DNA from: Pavona decussata
Taxonomy: Eukaryota
Direction of reading: 5' to 3'
Length of the DNA stretch: 64,000 nt
NCBI GenBank assembly: GCA_977016875.1
Contig: CDRNST010000191.1
Coordinates: 434,001-498,000 of the forward strand
The notes under the pieces are model-generated. The model made no database searches. It had not been told where the DNA came from and saw nothing but the letters and a program-made list of their open reading frames with translations. Of this stretch, positions 14,739 through 29,000 are shown piece after piece. How positions within the stretch are numbered: position 1 is the stretch's first letter; every line of letters begins with the position of its first letter. A program made the position numbers and the translations under genes.

Positions 14739-14807
14739 AATCTTGTTCCCATAGTCCGCGTTACCCTAGACCAGAGGCCGGGAAACGAGGACTCTGGGAA
14801 CGAGATT
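14739..14807. mobile_element. Very short (69 bp) TIR element
   Basis: aatcttgttcccatagtcc / ggactctgggaacgagatt. Confidence 0.55.
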
Positions 14808-15573
14808 AAAGATGGGGGAGGAGAAAGCCATTTTAGCTTGAACGTAAACCGTACAGGTATGGAACGAGTATTTTTCATCTTGCATTTGCGTTTGCCTTTG
14901 TTTTTTCCCAGTTCACACGTGTGAAGTGCAAACGCAAGCGCAAGGAAATGAAAAATTTTCCATTTCTTGTGTTGGCTCTTGTGCTTGCATTTGCGTTGTG
15001 GTAGTTCACACGTGTGTTTGCTTGCGCTTGCACTTGCGTTCGCGTTGCTCGTGTGAATTGGCCCTTAGTCTTCAGTGTTTTGGTGTTTCCTTTCTCTGTT
15101 GGATTTGGGTTGTGCTGAGGATGAAAGGGTTGTAAGTGATGCAGTTACTGGTGGATATCTGTCAAGTAACTTGTACCTTTAAGTAATTTTAGTTAGTATT
15201 TGCTCTGATAGACAAGCACTCGAGCATAATTTTAAAATTTAATTACCAATAGTGTATAAATAAAGATGATTGATTGAATTGTAATCGTCTCGATATTTCT
15301 GTTGGGCAGTTTTAATCTTTTAACTTTTAGTTGGTATTATTCATAAGTTTATCATTATACTGTGACTTCTTAGTCACTGTGAAGATTCATTACTTTCTCA
15401 TGTACGCAGGCTCAGCAATCGCAATCGCATTCTTTTTCCCCAGAGGATATGATTCGGACTAACAGCCAATACTAACATACTACGTTAAAGTGCTAAGTGA
15501 TCCCATGAAAATCCCACTGAACGTTAGGCTTAATAAGGGAATAGGAGGCCGCACAATACAAAGAAAAAAATTT

Positions 15574-15639
15574 GACCTCGGCGGGAATCGAACCCACGAG
15601 CTCCGGATTTGAACGTCCGTTTCTTTATACCAGTGGAGC
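15574..15639 (-). mobile_element. tRNA-derived SINE head / tRNA pseudogene
   Basis: Minus strand gctccactggta...gtgggttcgattcccgccgaggtc: intact B box and T-arm, degenerate A box, no complete cloverleaf. Confidence 0.6.
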
Positions 15640-17666
15640 CGAGAATTAATTCCCAGCCGAAATCAAAACGAAAGACAAGTGCTTTATTATTGTTACCATA
15701 TACTTTATTATCTAACTTGTTTACTACCGAAAAGAGATGTTTTCCACGTGAAATGTAAGCTGTTTTTCTATAATTTCAGTATGCTATATGTGGATTGCGT
15801 GTACCGAAGGACCTACAAGAAATATATAAAGCTTACTTCATGTAATTCACGTCTATTCAATAAAGATCTTAACGATGTATGTTATGTGTTAAGAATGATA
15901 CTCTCTTCATGCATAAATTATGCATGATATGTTGGAAATAAATGCATTATGAATCATAAAAAGAAGTTTCCAAACAAAGGGAATTTTGTTTTAATCGCTC
16001 TTAAAAAATTTTCCCCAGAGGAAAAACGTTTTTGCTGAATCTCTCATTCAACAAAGCTACCTATTGTCAAGTTTGATGATTTTGTTTTCCTCAATTAAGA
16101 GCGAAGTTCAAGGAGACTCGACTTGGCAGCAATGTTTTGTATTCAAGGAGATTTCTTCCTTGGTGTGTTATTTTAAAGTTTCATGGCAAAGTGTGGTGGG
16201 CATTCCTGTCGCCTGTGCTGTCAAAATTGCTTCCTTTGTTGCAGAGGATGTTTTTACCGAGATGAATTTCTCTTGGAAAAGTAAGTTGAAAGTTTTGAAG
16301 CACACTGTTGTAATCACTCCATTGCTAACCAAAACAAAAATTTAACGATTACAGGGGCAGCCAGCAAGGTAATTTAAGACTAATTCTTAATTATTTCTTT
16401 TTACGACATTTGAAGAACCTTTTGGCTTTCTCGTCGTGAAGGTCTGCACTATTTTTTTTAGTTTGAACCTTTACTCTAAATTTCTACGGTATTTGATTCT
16501 TTCGAAAAGGCAATGAGTTAGGCAATGCATGAGAACTCTAAATAATATGCTCTTGAATAGAGTAATAGTTCAACGAAACAGTCGAAAACAGGTGGCTCGA
16601 TTTTTAGCGTATGTTCTTGTTATCTTGTGCATGGAACCAGCATTTGTTTACCTTCTCAAGTAGAGGCTCTGGTTGAACTTAAATGTGTGCGAAACTGAAC
16701 ATTAAATATCTAACTAACCAAATGATTCGGTATTGAACTGCTTTTATCGTGGGGTAGGCGCTTGTACATAAATTACTTCGGTGAGTAGTGTCATTTAATC
16801 ATTAGTCGTAACTACATTACCTTAACACTTTTAAACTTTCGTAAACATAAGTTTTCAGTTTAGCGTGAAATTAAAGTTTTTAACTAAGCAAATATTTTCT
16901 ACGCTACGTTGTCAGGCAAATGAATTTTGCTGGAGGAAATTATATTAATTTTGCCTCAGGAATCGTGTGTGGTTTGAATGTATGGCTCTGAAATTTGTGA
17001 TAAAAATGGACCACATAAATAATTCAAGGTTCTTTCTTTCTTTATTCTCAAACAACTTCAATCACTTATTCAGACAGCTAACAATCACGAATGATACCAA
17101 TATTGTATTATTGTGTGGTTATCCTGGTTTCGTTTAATTACCATAGCCAATGGACTTCTGTACAATACAAAGTTGTAAAAACCCTCAAAACATTCTCCAC
17201 TGGTCGTTATTTGGAATACAACTCCGGTTTGTCTGGAAATCTAATTCTAAATATCTTTGTTTTTTGCTTGCGAAGGCTGCTTCTGGCACGCTTTATCAGC
17301 AACCGCTTTCTTTGCTTTGTTGACAGAGATAAATACCTTCGAAAACTCTATTGAGGCTCTTTCGAGTGAGCTATTTGTTGACAAAGTCGACTGTCAAAGG
17401 AATTTGTTGTCAGTTGATTGACAAAGGCGAAATACTGTCCTTTAAAGTGATCAATTCCGCCAGAGAAAAAGGAGGAGGGTTGGGGGGTGGCGAGGATGTC
17501 GAAGTTTCGAATTGATCAGCTCATTATTGTAGACGGTTTTCATTCTAACAGAACGCGCTCGACATGTCGTTTATTTCATAAAAAAGGTCTATTGTTGTAG
17601 TAATAAGGACAGCAGACAGCAAGCCCAGAAGTAAACAAAAAATACTTTCACTATATCTATTCACAG

Positions 17667-18344
17667 TTTTTATGAAGAAATTACCCTCCAGGAGTGGAAG
17701 GTGCTTGAACAACAGGCCAGCAAAATCAAAGGTGAGCTCTTAAGTTCTTAAGTTTACTGTTTAAGGTGGTTCCATAGGGTTTTCACTTACAATATTGCCA
17801 TGAACTACGTTACACATCGAAATCCAGTTTTCTCTTGTTTTCTTTAGCCTTGTAATAATTCATTGTTGAAATTCACCAAAATCAACAAAATTATGTCCCT
17901 GAACCCTCGCTAGTAAACTAATAACCTTGAGATTCAAGTTAAAACCACTGAAACACAGGCGTTTGTCCGGCAACAACCACAACTTTGCAAAAGAATCTTT
18001 CTATGTAACCCCTACCTTTTTTGTTCTTAAAAGATTTTCCTGGTAAGGTTCTATCCGCTGTGAAAATTTCAAAAGACTTTACCAAAAGAAACTGAAAAAA
18101 AAAAAAAATAATAATAATAATAATAATAAAATCTTTATTAAAATATTCCACGCAAATTGCTATTTACAAGTTAAAAGTATATAAAAAAGATCTATTAAAA
18201 ACCTATTTACAATTCATTTCGATTAAAAAAGAGATCATTTTCAAGCAAAATTTCAGTAATAATTTTTTTTAAATATTCGATTGCGAAAAAAAAAACTGAG
18301 ACTACTTTTAAGCATAATGTTTTTGTAAAGAAATAATAATAATG

Positions 18345-18425
<81 letters not shown>

Positions 18426-18782
18426 TATAATCTAAGGAATTCTAGCGATAAGCTTTTACTTAGTTATCCGCGTTTTAAATCAAAAGCTACACTTGGTGAC
18501 CGTTCTTTTACCTGTGCTGCACCGAAACTTTGGAATGCGCTACCATTTGACATAAGAAGGGCCACCACAGTTAGTACTTTTAAAGCCAAGCTAAAAACCT
18601 ATTCCGTCATGCATTTTTATCATAGTTGTTTTTTATTATTGTGAGTTTACTTTTAATTGTGATTTTTTAATCATTGTAAGTTTATTGTTGATTGTAATTT
18701 TAGCTTTTTAGCCTTTTTATTCCGTTTTTAATCTTGTCATGCGCATTTGAACATTTCATGAAATTTGCGCATTAGAAATGTT

Positions 18783-18853
<71 letters not shown>

Positions 18854-19808
18854 AGCCTGCTGCACACTGTCAGTGTGTATATAACAGTTTTTCTTTTTTC
18901 CAAGTATGCCTGTGTCACTGACTGAATAATACATCATTCTCTTGATTAATTTGTTTTTGTTAGGAGAGGCGTCGGAGAAAATCGTTTTGGTAGAAACAAA
19001 TGCCTTGCCGCCCCTCACCGAATGCAGTGCGGCAGCTAGAGAACGGGAAGAAACAAAGCCTTCACGTTCATTGGTGGATTATTCAGCAAATGATTTCCTG
19101 AATGTTGAGGAGGTTACTCTAGAAACTAAGTCTTCAAAGACGCACCTGAATACTAAAAAGTTTCCGTCATACACAGAACCCGAGTTTATAGCTGAGATGT
19201 GGAAAGCGCCAAGAAGAACGACCGCTAAGATTAATCTGAAAGAGATTTTTAAAAGGAAAAAATATGCACGTTTTACAGATGGAGAAAATGAGGATTCAAC
19301 ATTAGAAGAGCTACCACAAAATGAATCAGGTCGAGCAAATGAGCCGGCTGTGATCACACCACAAAAGCAGACTTTTAGCGGCGAAACGGAGGCTGGGTCA
19401 GCCGAAGGTGCAGAGGAAACAGAACGTAAGCCTAAAGTGAAGGTGCGAACTAAGATATTTACCAGGAGAAGTCAACGTCAAAATCGCGAAGAGGATGCTG
19501 AAAATGTAGCTCGGCGTCCAGCGCCTTCTTCAAAGTACAACGATTTTAGTCAAATCGAGGCAAGCATCTCATTTGCGGCACACGTTAGGAGGCAAGGTCC
19601 CGGATTTTCAGCCAGTTGTACCCAGACCCTGCGCACCTGTGATTTTACCTCGATCGGTGACTTGTTTGAAAGCGAGGTGCAGAGTAATGTGACTTTTAAC
19701 CCTCTCTTTGAAGATGATGACAGCGACGATGACAGGCGAGTCTGGCCGAGGAGGCACCGATTGTATACGATTGACGAAGAGTCGGAAGCGTACGACTCTG
19801 GATCTTAA
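17667..19808 (+). CDS. Gene A: 3' coding exons of an uncharacterised, probably intracellular and disordered protein (start not located)
   Basis: Terminal exon 18964-19808 is open for ~281 codons after a polypyrimidine-TAG acceptor. Exon 17667-17731 (FYEEITLQEWKVLEQQASKIK) joins it in frame, and 16245-16280 also fits in frame. Charged low-complexity composition with no recognisable domain. Confidence 0.6.
18332..18425. repeat. (ATA)n microsatellite (others at ~2892-2938 and ~25997-26044)
   Basis: Direct inspection; it explains the poly-Ile pseudo-ORF. Confidence 0.95.
18427..18850 (+). mobile_element. L2/CR1-clade LINE 3' fragment
   Basis: YNLR...LGDRSFTCAAPKLWNALPFDIR...FKAKLKTY matches the typical L2 ORF2 C-terminus. 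It is followed by a 3'UTR with a gcgca/tgcgc stem and an (ATA)n tail, and preceded by a long (ATA)n tract. Confidence 0.8.
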
Positions 19809-20175
19809 ATCTTCATGATCAGTTCCGCCAACTTTTTGTAATCTGCTGGCGGGACTTCACCTGCGACGTCACAACAACTCCTTCCGTTGATGAATTCGTC
19901 GGTCAATTTTAATTTCATTCGTCCACGATGTGTAAAAAAGAAAAATATACATATTTAGGAGAAAAAAAACCAATTCGACTCATGTTTTTAATTTCGTAAA
20001 TCAAATCGCAATCACGGCGGCAAGGATAAAATCACCCGAAGATAAGCAATTGAGCAGAGTAATTGCTCGACACTTATGCGGTACATTCTGGTACATTTTC
20101 TTAGACGTGATTAGGCCTTTTCTCACTAACGACGCAGATGCACGCTTTCCTATACTTGCTGTTAGTCTTGAAGAC

Positions 20176-20313
20176 AATAGGGCCATTTTATAAGGGAGAA
20201 AATAAGACGCGTCTTATCTAAGAAGAGGCGACTTAAATAAGGCGCGCAATGATCGTATAAATAGTCAAAATAAGCGTTGTTGTGTTATTTTCTCTCGTAT
20301 AAATGACGCTATT
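20176..20313. mobile_element. Palindromic MITE
   Basis: aatagggccattttataagggagaaaataa / ttattttctctcgtataaatgacgctatt imperfect TIRs. Confidence 0.55.
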
Positions 20314-20878
20314 GAGTTGAATCAAACATTGCCTTGAAACTGACATTCAAAGAAGAAAACAATATAAAACCCAACCTTTATTATTGATGTTCCAGTTGTT
20401 TCTCTCCCCGCTCGGTGCGTAAATAGACACGAAGATTCTGTGAACTGTTTGGGGCTGACTTCACAAAATGTTAGGGTAGCCTAATCTTAGAAAGTCCTTA
20501 AATGTTGAGGTTCATAGACCTGGAACAGAAGTGGGAAGATCTTGCTTTAAACATAGAGCTGCTCTATCCTGGACCCTCCTTCCTGATGACATCAAGAACT
20601 GTTCAAACCTGCCTTCTTTCAAGAGAAAATAAGAATATTCTAAACTCTATCAGTTTTGCTAAAGCTTCCTGCAGCATCTCCAACAGTTCTTTAGACTTTG
20701 AATATTTGAATATTTTGAATATTTTGAATGTTGATTTTTAAATATTTATCTATTTTAGCCACGTGTATCGTTATCTATTTAACCGTTGTTATTTAATATT
20801 TAGTTGTGTATTGATTGATCATTTTAGATAGCGCAGGTCCACAGTAGGACTTGATGTCTTGCCAATTCCCCAACCTGC

Positions 20879-21008
20879 NNNNNNNNNNNNNNNNNNNNNN
20901 NNNNNNNNNNNNNNNNNNNNNNNNNNNNNNNNNNNNNNNNNNNNNNNNNNNNNNNNNNNNNNNNNNNNNNNNNNNNNNNNNNNNNNNNNNNNNNNNNNNN
21001 NNNNNNNN
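20879..21008. other. Assembly gap (130 N)
   Basis: Run of N. Confidence 1.
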
Positions 21009-21055
21009 AGGAAGGATTGGCTTAGGGGTGGGGGCGGGGAAATGGGAGTGTGACT

Positions 21056-21200
21056 ACTAGTCACTTGATGCTGGGTACCCTGTGATGGACTAGCATCCCA
21101 TTCAGGGGTTAGTAGTAATGTTCCTAGTCACTTGATGCTGGGTTTCCTGTGATGAACTTCTAACACATCCAAGGGGATACTCCAAGTCACCTCTGATGCT
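21056..21200 (+). repeat. SINE 3' fragment with internal duplication, next to the assembly gap
   Basis: ctagtcacttgatgctgggt occurs twice; gatggactagcatccc..cagggg block. Confidence 0.45.
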
Positions 21201-23175
21201 ATGGAATTAAGCATCAACCTGCTGGCCACTTTCGACCTGTGATAACAAAATTTATTTATAGCTTTGACTTAACGAACTTAAACTTGACGAGGTTAGGTTT
21301 AGTTTTAACTTTCAGTTAGTGGTGAGACTGCTTTTAAAGAAGAGAAACTAAAATCTAAGTTACCGTTTGATCTTAATCTCGTATCCAGATCTCCAACGGT
21401 CTGTGAAACCGATGGACCGAACGTTTAAGGTTAAATATATGTACACGCTTCCCCATAGTGTTTTTGAAACGATTCAAACCAAAACTTTCTCGCCAATCAG
21501 TTACAGGGTACACGTGAGTCGTCACCAGCAAAGCTTTGATAAGAAAATCAAAACAATCGAACTTTTCAGATTGGTGTTTATACCTTCAAATTGAAGTACC
21601 CGTCGGCACGAAGTCACGTGTGCCAAGGAGAAAACGGTAGCGCATCGTTTTCGCGACTGTTTGGAATTTCAGTCCTATGACATAAATTCTCATACCAAGC
21701 CTTTCGCATACGTGATCGACAAGAAGGCGGGAATAAAAGGTAAGACACTTTGATTTTAATATTCTTTTTTATTTTTTTATATTTGTATTGTATAGTAAGA
21801 GCTACTTCAACATTTTCAAGATACGAACCTGGTCAGATTATCTTGAGATTTTAGTTCCTGTATAATGTTGTGATAACGGATCAGGTGTCAACAGTTTTGT
21901 AGCAAGAACTTTTTGTAATTACATATAATAAGAAGACGAAAAACAATCTCCTTTTATCCGCAGTTTGAAATAGTTTGACCAATTCTTAATACTCTCAAAG
22001 CAACACATGTCCTCTTGTCTCAAAAATAGTTAAAATGAGTCGCTTTTGATGAAGCAGTTTTTGAGAAAATTTTAACCGGTTGGTTAGGTGTCAGGAAGGA
22101 GTAAACAACCTTCTTTACTCTTGACACCAAAACAATTCCATTTTAAGTTTGATTAACAGAAAACCTTTTATTGCGCGGTTACGAGGCGAGATAGAAAACC
22201 TCTCTTTGTTAATTTGTGATATAATCATTTGCCTCTGTGACAAGTGTTCACTTGAGAATTGAGTAAATTTGTGCTCATACCTTGGGTCAACAAAACATTA
22301 CGTCAACTTTCTTTGTTCTTCAAAGACAGGTTGAATCTGTCTGAAACAAGTTTATTGAAACTCAACCGTTATAACTTAAGAAACAAACGGCAAAAGCTGA
22401 CAAACCTATTCTGACAAAAACGCATCAGATTTTATCATTTAAACCGCCCTATGTCTGCCAGGCTGACGTTGAAATTGTGCCGTGGTATAAGGCTACGATT
22501 AAAATTTGACATATCCAGTATAGATCCTGTAACTTCAGTTTCTAAGTTAATCAATTCAGATTATCGTAATGATCTGGAGTTTCATCCCCTTGGGCCAAAG
22601 ACTAAGTGGTAAGGCAATAGACTTAAATTCGTTGTCTGGAGGGGACCATCCAACACCGATATGCAACCGACGGAAAAATTAAATGAGGAAAGCTGAAATT
22701 AAATTCTGCATCAACTGCGAGACATTTTCCCTTTGCGATGCAATTCTTTGATTTACATTTATTTTAAGTTTGTCATGTTAACTAAATGACAGTTTGAGCT
22801 ATTGAAATGGAACATATAAAACCTCTTCACGATGGTGTTAGTTTTAACTTAAATTGGCCAATGAGATCCTCAACTTTTTGATTTCAAAATATATTGTAAA
22901 ACGAAGAACATGAAAGTGGTGTCGAACAGCTTTCATCTTGAACGGCTCTCACTATTGTAGCATGCTTTCCTTAGACTCAGAACGCTGGATGGAATGAATC
23001 AGTTAGGAAATGTTGTTATAAACGAAAATTTTACAAATTAACAGTTTTCCGCCGCATCCTCAAACCTCCCCATTCCTTCACCTTTTTATCTTCTACGTTC
23101 TCTCTTCCCCATGCCGAGTGGTCAGTCGGGATAGTAGCCTTGAAAGGTTCGATTTTTCGTTTCCTAGGAGACGCC

Positions 23176-26008
23176 ATGGACAAACGACAGCTCCTATTGG
23201 CTGTTGTGCTGTCAATCACATGCTGTGTATATGCTCAGCAAGGACAACACACAGGTATGTCATCAAAAGCCAGCGGATTTCCACCGAAGTTCCGATAAAA
23301 ATATAAATAAATACATAAAATACATCACAAAGTAAAAAATAAATCAATAAACAAATAAAAAAATTTAATTATTATTATAAATAGATAAAAACATAACTCA
23401 ATAAATAAATTCATAAATACACGAACAAATCAATGAATAAACAAAATAAATAAACAAATTTTCTTCAATGAGAAGCCGAAGGCGATTTTTTTTTCTAATA
23501 GGCCGGTGGCTATCTTATAGCTAATTACAACTGAGATAAAAAAAAAAAACTACAAGAAAAATAATATTAAAATAAAACCCACTAATTAAAAATTCGTTGA
23601 GTGTACTTATTGTGGTCTTATCCAAATTTTTCTCGAAAAATAATTCGGTAATTTTCAGTTGTTGCCATGGTGGTTGGAAAAGGAAACCAAAAATTACCAG
23701 GTAAGGACTGTTGATTTTTTTTTTTAACTATACACCTTTACTAGGCAAAAAATCCATATCTGAAATGAATTCCAACATATTTTTAAAAGATATTTCAAGA
23801 ATACGAACCCTAACCTGGTAGCAGTCCCTTTCTTGGAATTGTTTCGCTCCGTCGTAAGCTTGTTTTTCCTCTCCTCTCAACTTTCCGCATAGAAAGGGAT
23901 TCCTGTCAGTTTTTACAAAACCCTGCTTGTTACCAGTGTTAAGTTTCTCGCAGCAACTTTTTAGTCTTAAATTGATTTAGTAATCTTTTAATGATTTAAT
24001 CATGCTAAGCTCAATTTCAGTAGTTGTTTAAAGTTTTATAAACCATATAATCCAAGACGGCGATGCAAGATGGCGGCCGTTCGAAAATTGTAGCTTAATT
24101 CCCACGTAATTTGAAGTCCACCAGCTCATCTTGCGTACCTCAAAGAAAACATTTAGATGTACTATATTTCCTTAAGGTTAATTTTCGTAGCTGTAAGGTT
24201 GTAGGAGTGATAGAGGAGGGTGGAAAACCTACAAAGAAGCACGACCTGAAAAGGGTGAAGGGATAGCCGCAAGCAATACGTTGCATTGTTGCAGAAATAT
24301 TTATGAACTTTCGTTACAGCTGCCATCAAAAAGTTTGCCTGCTGGAGCGCAGATGCAGCATTTGCTGCTGAATTGATTTGCGTCCGCAATAAGTGCTTCT
24401 TATTTTCAGAAACAAACAAAAAATGTTGCTTGCGCATGCATACTTGGGCACAGTTCGGAAAACAATCTTTGTTTCCGTAACAATGCTTTCAGTTTGGGTA
24501 GAAGGTCTTAGTCCCGTCAGACAAGGGTGCTGGGTAGAGGAGAAGTTCATTAATCAGCTAAACTCTCCGATTAAAAGATGCGCGCTTTTTTTTAGAGATC
24601 CAAGTTAACGGCATGAAAATGCAGTTGCATGCACCACAGGTCAACCAACCAGCACAGGAACCTGGGGCTCTCGTGCAGGCACCTCCATCAGGTACACAGA
24701 TGCTGATGTGCTGTAATTCAGTTTAGACTATTGGCAAGTTAGATGTATATAGTAAAGCTGTTGACAAAGGAAGTAACAACCTTAGACAACAAATATACAT
24801 ACAGACTTGCCAGTCTTGTGTTGTGCGAAACAGCCTTACAAGAATGTCCGCAAGTTAGTGGGCTAGTACAATGACAAAACTGAGCGAATTTTTCAGGTAG
24901 TTTCGCAACTTCAGTGTAAACGCAAGTTACTGCAAGTCAAAATTTGATCGTCATGAGTCGAGTTTGTACGATTGCAAGAGCAGGCTATAGTTAAACTTAC
25001 AATGAGCGCTTTTCAAATCACTTAGTTCAAATAACTGTCATTGCAGATACTGCAACATATATTGTTGGGAACAAGGTCTCTGAAAGCAACCCTAATCCAC
25101 CAGTCATGGCAGGTATAATTTAAACTACCACTTTATGAAACTGTTTTTATATCCGTTACGTCCTTATGGTTTCAAGGCCGATGAATCTTTTAGTCAGTCG
25201 ATTTTTAACTTGAGGTTTTTATATTTTACAGCTGCGTTGGTGATGCCCTCTGCACCAAAACCAAAAACCGGTGGGTAGAATAAAAACTAGCTTTTAAACC
25301 TAAGTATGAGCAATTTGGTGTGTAAATTGATAACTGAGTGAATTGTCACTAACTGGGGAACAGTGAGCAGGCATCCCCTCCAGCAGGGGAAATGGTAACA
25401 GTTCTCATTTCTTCATTTACAGAAACTAGAGCTTCAAAGTGGAATGGTCAATTTTAAAACAGGCTTTGGGTGGGATATTCACTTGAGTTCTCAAAATGTT
25501 AAAATATAACCACGAAGGTCGATATAAAATTCCCTTACCTCATGGTGGGGTTGTCTTAATGTCTTCTGTTTAATTTGGGCGCCATTTGTGGGGTAAACTA
25601 GAGCGGCTTGTCCTGTGAAACAATTTGTTTTCTGAGAAGGAATACAATGTTTTTCAATAAGAGATTTTACGGAATCGCTTAAGTAACGCGAAGATATTAA
25701 ACCGTTTTAAAACAGATACTGCAAAATAAACAACATTTTCCCTTGCCTAGCCAAACAGATTGAAAATTCAGAAAATTTGCTAATATTCCAGCGATGGACT
25801 GAACAGTCATCCATTTCTGTTGTTATATAGCTACTGTAGGTATCGGGCAAATAAGCATACCTACAAGCTCTAAGAGCCTCCTGATAGTTCTTTTTATTTA
25901 ATTCCTTTAGAGCACGAGAAACTTATGGATGAACTAAAACTGACCAAAGAAGAGAAAGGTAGGGAGTTCTGCACAAGTTAACATATGTCAAAATATAATA
26001 ATAATAAC

Positions 26009-26044
<36 letters not shown>

Positions 26045-29000
26045 TTATTACTTATAGAGCGCTATTAAAAAACGCAGATCAATAGCGCTTTATAATAAAA
26101 AATACTAATAACAACATCTCTAATTCTAATTACGGATATTAAAATGTCAACCAATACAATTATAATGATTTACAATGATATTAACTTTATCTGTAAGGAA
26201 AATAAAGATATGGATGTTTTCCAGGGTCTAAAATTTTTCTCATTATGTTGAATGAGCTTCAAATCCATTGGGGCCGTTTCTCGAAAGTGCCAGTAACTTA
26301 CAGGGCCCGATAGGTGATTGGCGATAAACGTTTCTTAAAAGAAGTCAATTTTTGTTAGCTTTGAATACTAAATTTTAAAATCTTATAATTCATGAAAACA
26401 TTAGCCAAGTACCATGTCTGTAATCACTGTGTAATCAGCAAAAAATAAAATGATATACTTATCGGCCCCGGTAAGTTACCGGGACTTTCGAGAAACGGGC
26501 CCCATGTCACTATGTTATAAAACCTTCTCCAAGCTTCGGTAATCTTCGGAAAAAATGATTGGAAATGTTCATATGGTCATTCGGAAGAATCTTTCGAAAA
26601 CTTTTGAAAATTAAAACCACTCGATTCGTCGCTTGAAACTGACCTACATGTATCTTTGCCTTTTTTATTCAATGAAGAGAAACTGTTTCCATGTGAAGAT
26701 TACCAGCCTTACTGTAAAAATTACGCCTTAACCAACCAATGCAGAGACGTCTGGACCCAGAAGAACTGTAGAAAGAGCTGCAAGTTGTGTGATAGTGAGT
26801 CATCCACTTAAAAATGGTCTAAATAATAAGACAAAAATTAATTACCGCAACCTAATGCAAGTTTGGGTGAATTGCGAAAAGTCAATGGGAACTTGAGTTG
26901 CGTTGCTGCATAAACTTACGTACACATTTCTACCATTTTACCGGTATAATAAGAGCTCGCACTTAATACCCAAAGCCCATTCTTGACTTCATAACCCAGA
27001 GTGACCATGCGTTCAGTTCTAGTTGAGATCTGATATCTTTCCAAGCTCTATTTGTTACAATAATTGGAACCTCTTGGAAACACCATTTAAGAAAGAAATT
27101 TATCATCAAATAAAATTAAAACGCGAAATTCAAAAGATGAGAATAATGGTTGTTTATTCCAGTACCTTATGGAGTATTCATGGGATGTCAGGATGTGGAT
27201 ATCTGTAAGAAGTTTGCCAGTACAGCCTGCATGGTTCGATGGGTGAGAGAGACCTGCAAAAGCAAGTGTAGCCAATGTGGATATGGTAAGTTGAATACAG
27301 TAGGTCCGATGTAATGTCAAGAATGATAGTGAGAGATAGAAAGTTCAAGAAATGAGCAGAGTACCAAGCTAATGTGACGATAGCTTAGATAATTTAGTTC
27401 AGTTTCATAAATCACGTTAACAGACGCTGGAAGACTTAAAAACATACTTTATATTGCTCTGTAGAATATGGTTCTAACGTTTGAGACTGTTGATAATTGG
27501 TGGGAAAGAAATGACCTTACATTCCTGTGCCACTGAGTATTGCAAGGTTGTCCTAACGTTTGAATCAGTGGGTGAAATCCTAAATTACAATCATTCAAAT
27601 ATAGGCTGTTAATAATTCGAGCATAGATTCTAAGAAAAGAACCCGAGAAAGTAAACCAGGAGCTACAATGTTGGACAGAATAAACAAAGAAAGGAAAGGT
27701 GATCTTATATTTCATTTCAATTGTCCAAGATTGTAACTCACAGTCCTCAGTAAACTCATTGCGTCATGATTGCATAGTACGAAAGTATGCGAATATTATG
27801 TTGTGATGTACACTGTGGTTCGATAGCGATTTTAATGAAAAACATTTTCACTTTTTTTCTTACAGAACGTCAGGGTAACTCTCACATCGTCATGGGTAAA
27901 AAGAGACACTTCCCCGTCACCAAACCCAAGCAATCAGACAAAACCACGACGAAAAATAAAGACAAAGTTCTGAAGAAAATTACCACAAAAGGAAAAGACG
28001 AGCTAAAAAAAGGGGCTGTGAAGGTTCATAAAATCAAAGAAGACATCCCTAAGAAAGCCGATAAAGTGAAGGCCAAGGACAAACCAGAAGCCGCCAATTT
28101 AAAGCCGAAAGTGGCTGTTGTTGAAAATGTGGTTCCTAAAAAAGAGGAAGACGATAGCGAGGAATCTGGGGAGGAGTCGAAATTGGTTGTAGAAAAGGAT
28201 GACGAAAATGATGATGATGACGATGATGTTGATGACAGCAATACTGATGATGACGATGATGATGATGATTCTCAGGTTAGTATTAATTGTTACACAACAC
28301 CACTTCCGCTTGTAACTCTATTCGTAAAGAGTGTTGATATGCCGTGAGCGTGTGAGAACTTACGCTTTTGAGAACGTACTGGGATTGTTACGTTGTGCTC
28401 GAATGTCACATTTGTGATACTCCACTATTAAGATATCTTTGTAGAAATAATCGCTCCTTAGAACTATCAGTAGGTAAATGACAGCAGTAACAACAATTTG
28501 AGCAAAGAAGAGAAAGAGAAATAAGTTAGCAGCTCTGACAAGTTAACAGGGAAACTGAATTAGTTGACGCGTATGGTACATGCGAAGCAGTTTTTATCAC
28601 TTTGATTATATCTGAAATGTGTAAATTGATGCCACATGTGGCAATTATGTGGAGAAAACGCATGACTCTGCCAACACTCGCACGAGCATTCACACACCTC
28701 CAATTTAATAATACAGTCAAATATCTACAACTCGTACCTTTGGGGAAAAAATTCAGTCTTGTGGAGAGAGGGTCACTCCGAGAAGCTTTGAAACTAGAGG
28801 CTTTACTGCTGTGAATGAATAACAGTAACAATTCGGGAGAAGAAAACATGGCCGCTGTAGAGAAGTGGTCTTTATGACAAGGAGGATGACAGTAGGGGTT
28901 TGCCTGTAACGAGAAAATTCAACCTTGCAATTTGAAACTAAATATCATTCAGGAATGCTGACTTGTTTTGTTGATGTTATTTTTTTCTTTGTAATGGAGA

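Noticed and set aside
15574-15639. Functional tRNA gene
   Set aside because: The cloverleaf is incomplete; treated as a SINE head or pseudogene.
18342-19018. Poly-Ile and poly-Leu ORFs
   Set aside because: Translations of (ATA)n microsatellites around an L2 fragment.
20819-21064. ORFs spanning X runs
   Set aside because: Artefacts of the 130-N gap.
21490-21620. CCAAT plus two CACGTG E-boxes upstream of the gene B leader exon (another at ~56719 before gene F)
   Set aside because: Hexamers also occur elsewhere in the window; not enough to claim shared regulation.
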